In this document: piece after piece, positions 55,575 through 58,468 of the stretch | Layout: every line of letters begins with the position of its first letter | Numbering within the stretch: the stretch's first letter is position 1 | Virus record (IMG/VR): IMGVR_UViG_3300032318_000380 | Location: 1 to 58,468 of that record | Source: a virus | Taxonomy: Duplodnaviria > Caudoviricetes | DNA: 58,468 bases | Reading direction: 5' to 3' (one strand) | Program-made: the position numbers and the translations under genes | Notes under the pieces: generated by a model | The model's input: only the letters and a program-made list of their open reading frames with translations | Database searches by the model: none | Told to the model about the DNA's origin: nothing

Positions 55575-56909
55575 TCACCATGAATAAACCACACAGCGGC
55601 CATTACCGCCCGCACCAGAAGCGCCGCCAGTCGTGCCGCCACCGCCGCCACCGCCGCCGCCGCCACCGGGAACACCACCATTGCCACCAGCACCGCCCGT
55701 GACGGTTCCGCTTGCCCCACCCCCGCCTCCTTGTCCCATCTTTGTTCCCATGCCTGTTGATGTGAAATCGCCGTCTGCCCCAGCCGTGCCAGCCCCGCCA
55801 TCACCTGTGCCACCAGCACCGCCACCGCCTGCGGCTGTCACGCTCATGCCAGCGTTGCCGCCTGCGCCGCCATTGTAGGCAGTAGAAGTGATTAAAGAGC
55901 CACCACTCCCACCTCCTGCGGCAGAGAAGCAAGAAGAGCCTCCAGATTGACCGATGCCGCTTACAGCGGCTGTTGAAGCCGAGCCTGCGCCACCACCACC
56001 GCCAAGATAGGAATTTGACGCCGCAACAGCAGAAGTTGAGCCGTTACTTCCGCCCGCTCCTCTATCGTCTGCAAATGAAGTTGCTGCGGCGGATGCTGCA
56101 AATGCAGAGCCACCAGCCGCTCCCCCACTATTTGTTGAGGTAGCGCCCACCGTTGTGCCACCACCGCCGCCACCGCCTCCACTACCAATTGTGGCATTTT
56201 GAAAACCACCGCCTCCACCACCATAGGCCGTGAGGAATGTTCCAAACAATGACGTTCCGCCGCCGTTTCCGTCTGTGGCCGCAGCAACAGATACACCACC
56301 CGAGGCGATGGTCACACCGACTGATGACGGAAGATCATTCGCAAGAAACAGCATCTGCATTCTCTTAGCACCACCGCCTCCAGCACCGCCTGATGCGTTC
56401 GTCGCCGCAGATGCTCCACCGCACCCTCCACCGCCCCCGCCACAAAGATTAACCAGCGAATAGGTGGCATTGTTTGGCCGCGTCCAAGTTCCGTTGGTGC
56501 TAAAAACTTGGATATTACTTACGGCATTCGTCGCCACAACGATGTTTCCGGCAGCATCTACTACCGTCCACCCGTTTATATCGGTGTATTGAAGCGTAGA
56601 ATTGGGAGCGAGAAGGAAACCCGCAAGATAGTCATAGGTCGTGGCGTTGTCATTTAGCCGGATCGTGACGGCGACAAAATCAGTGTCTTTGTTGCAGACG
56701 CTAAGATAATTTACTTTACGCTGCGTAGAAGCCGCAGGAGCGGCAACGATGTCTACCGCGCTGGCGTCATTGCTGGACGAAACCGTCAGCCCCGGCGTTG
56801 TTGTGGTGGATGTGAAATCAACCCAATCAGCCGTAATGGCACACTGATTGGCAGCGACAGTGGCTCCGAGTAGCAACTGGATTTTCTTTGTTGTTGCGTC
56901 AAGTATCAT
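55575..56909 (-). CDS. Gly-rich fibre/adhesin-like virion protein (paralog 3)
   Basis: 444 aa; shared N-domain, FSTNGTWTRP, polyglycine tracts. Confidence 0.8.
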   Translation of the reverse strand: MILDATTKKIQLLLGATVAANQCAITADWVDFTSTTTTPGLTVSSSNDASAVDIVAAPAASTQRKVNYLSVCNKDTDFVAVTIRLNDNATTYDYLAGFLLAPNSTLQYTDINGWTVVDAAGNIVVATNAVSNIQVFSTNGTWTRPNNATYSLVNLCGGGGGGCGGASAATNASGGAGGGGAKRMQMLFLANDLPSSVGVTIASGGVSVAAATDGNGGGTSLFGTFLTAYGGGGGGFQNATIGSGGGGGGGGTTVGATSTNSGGAAGGSAFAASAAATSFADDRGAGGSNGSTSAVAASNSYLGGGGGAGSASTAAVSGIGQSGGSSCFSAAGGGSGGSLITSTAYNGGAGGNAGMSVTAAGGGGAGGTGDGGAGTAGADGDFTSTGMGTKMGQGGGGGASGTVTGGAGGNGGVPGGGGGGGGGGGTTGGASGAGGNGRCVVYSW

Positions 56910-56910
56910 A

Positions 56911-58239
56911 TCACCACCCGTAAACCACTACGCGGCCAGCCGCGCCGTTTCCGCCCGCACCACCCGTGGATGTGCCACCGCCTCCACCGCCTCCACCGCC
57001 TCCGGGGAAGCCACCGTTACCGCCTGCATAACCTGCACCGCTACCATTAGCAGCCCCGCCTCCCCCACCTGCACCGCATTTTGTGCTGCCTCCAGCCGCG
57101 CCGTTGCCGCCTGCTGCGCCAGCGCTTGCCGAACCGCCGCCGCCTGCTGCGGTTGCTCCCCACCCTGCATTGCCCCCCGCAAATGGTAAAGAAGATGATA
57201 TATTTGAACTGCTTATCCCTTGGCCTGATCCGCCCCCGCCAGCGGAAAATACGGATGACCCGCCAAGGTTATTCCCACCTGCACTGTTAGTAGCCCCGCC
57301 TCCTCCACCCCCGCCTAAATACGAATTACCACCCGAAATATCTGCGCCAGCATCTCCTCCACCCCCGCCTATATCTGTGGCGTAAGATGTTGAAGCAACA
57401 GAAATTGCAAATGCAGCGCCTCCAATGCCCCCTGTTTGAGATGTAGAACTTGTTCCTGCTGATGTCCCTCCTCCACCGCCGCCTCCACCGCCAAAAGCGG
57501 ATGTCGTTGCTCCTGCACCGCCGCCCCCACCATAAGAGATTAAATACGTTCCAAAAGATGAACTATCACCTGCGGAACCGTTATTAGTCGCTATAGCGCC
57601 CGTTTTTGTTTGCGCTACTGTAATGCTGACGTTGGAAGGCGAAGAAGGTAAATCCCCCGCATTAAAATACGCAACGGTGCGTTTGCCTCCGCCCCCTCCT
57701 CCACCGCTGCGTCTAGGAGTAAGCGTAGCCCCTCCCCAGCCTCCGCCACCTGCTCCACCGCCGCCAACACACTCAACATAAACCATGCTGACACCGGCAG
57801 GCTTCGTCCAAGTGCCGGATGCAGATGTAAACACCTGAACATCAGAATATGTCGGTGCGTTGGTAACGAGTATCTGGCCTGCCGAGTTGATGACATACCA
57901 TCCGCGCGCATCAGTGAACTGAAGAGTGCTATTTGCAGCAAGCGTCAAGTTCTGCACGACAGAATAGTCTGTGCCGTTGTCATTTATGACGATGGTGATG
58001 AAGATATTAACTGTATCGTAATTACAGACCGAGATTGCATTTACCTTGCGCTGCGTACTGGATGCTGGAGCCGCCAGAATATCAACCGCAGTTGTGCTGT
58101 TTGTGTTGCTGACTTGCACTCCCGGTGTAGTCGCAGAAGAGGTCATCTCAACATAATCAACAACGACACGCGCCTGATTGGTCGTGATTGCAGAACCAAG
58201 AACGATCTGAAGTTTTTGAGTTGTAGTTGTCAGAAACAT
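56911..58239 (-). CDS. Gly-rich fibre/adhesin-like virion protein (paralog 2)
   Basis: 442 aa; shared N-domain, [15 protein letters not shown], polyglycine tracts. Confidence 0.8.
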   Translation of the reverse strand: MFLTTTTQKLQIVLGSAITTNQARVVVDYVEMTSSATTPGVQVSNTNSTTAVDILAAPASSTQRKVNAISVCNYDTVNIFITIVINDNGTDYSVVQNLTLAANSTLQFTDARGWYVINSAGQILVTNAPTYSDVQVFTSASGTWTKPAGVSMVYVECVGGGGAGGGGWGGATLTPRRSGGGGGGGKRTVAYFNAGDLPSSPSNVSITVAQTKTGAIATNNGSAGDSSSFGTYLISYGGGGGAGATTSAFGGGGGGGGGTSAGTSSTSQTGGIGGAAFAISVASTSYATDIGGGGGDAGADISGGNSYLGGGGGGGATNSAGGNNLGGSSVFSAGGGGSGQGISSSNISSSLPFAGGNAGWGATAAGGGGSASAGAAGGNGAAGGSTKCGAGGGGGAANGSGAGYAGGNGGFPGGGGGGGGGGTSTGGAGGNGAAGRVVVYGW

Positions 58240-58240
58240 C

Positions 58241-58468
58241 TTACCATCCCCACACCCTGACTACGCCAGCACCACCAATCCCACCAGCACCGCCCGTTGA
58301 TGTTCCGGCACCGCCTCCGCCGCCACCTCCGCCGGGGAAACCACCATCGCCGCCGCGACCGCCAGTGGTAGTGCCGTTAGAGCCGCCGCCGCCTCCACCT
58401 TGACCACAGTACCCGGGGAGGTTTAGTCCAGAACTGCCGGGGTTATTAACTGGTCCGGCTGTTCCACC
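58241..58468 (-). CDS. Gly-rich fibre protein, 3' part (enters from window end)
   Basis: Manual translation GGTAGPVNNPG...GQGGGGGG...[37 protein letters not shown], matching C-termini of the two paralogs. Confidence 0.8.
   Translation of the reverse strand, partial: GGTAGPVNNPGSSGLNLPGYCGQGGGGGGSNGTTTGGRGGDGGFPGGGGGGGGAGTSTGGAGGIGGAGVVRVWGW

Noticed and set aside
55575-58468. Diversity-generating retroelement acting on fibre paralogs
   Set aside because: No reverse transcriptase and no TR/VR pair differing only at adenines seen

Overview
The window reads as a nearly complete, circularly permuted dsDNA tailed-phage genome of about 58.5 kb with podovirus-like organisation: portal, adaptor and nozzle-like tail proteins, ejection proteins, and no tape-measure or sheath gene. 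The two window ends are the 5' and 3' parts of one Gly-rich fibre gene, with a few hundred bases apparently missing. A minus-strand late arm runs terS (26637) > terL > portal > polyvalent/ART proteins > GroES > scaffold > capsid > fibres > [window junction] > glycosyltransferase > lysis > tail > ejection proteins (39583). Between these lie plus-strand early cassettes (26.7-32.3 kb), a minus-strand replication block (RusA, DnaA-domain-IV protein, lambda-O-like initiator with iterons, split primase-helicase) and a plus-strand recombination block (gp157, ERF, SSB). Near-absence of GANTC suggests an alphaproteobacterial host (inference). I saw no integrase, DNA polymerase, tRNA or CRISPR array. 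The most striking unexplained signal is a pair of short peptide tags, [KRYFM]xxGGx[VI] and [IV]xxA[LI]x[ILV]A[KR]. They recur in at least eight otherwise unrelated late proteins and sit at the domain boundaries of effector polyproteins, alongside a stand-alone duplicated 'G(E/S)YVIP' protein; together these suggest a candidate capsid cargo-tagging/processing system. Other highlights are repeated promoter cassettes flanked by DnaA-like boxes in a phage encoding its own DnaA DNA-binding domain, an SD-adjacent pseudoknot after the capsid locus, and six HNH-family nucleases. All family assignments are from motif recognition by eye; no database searches were run.
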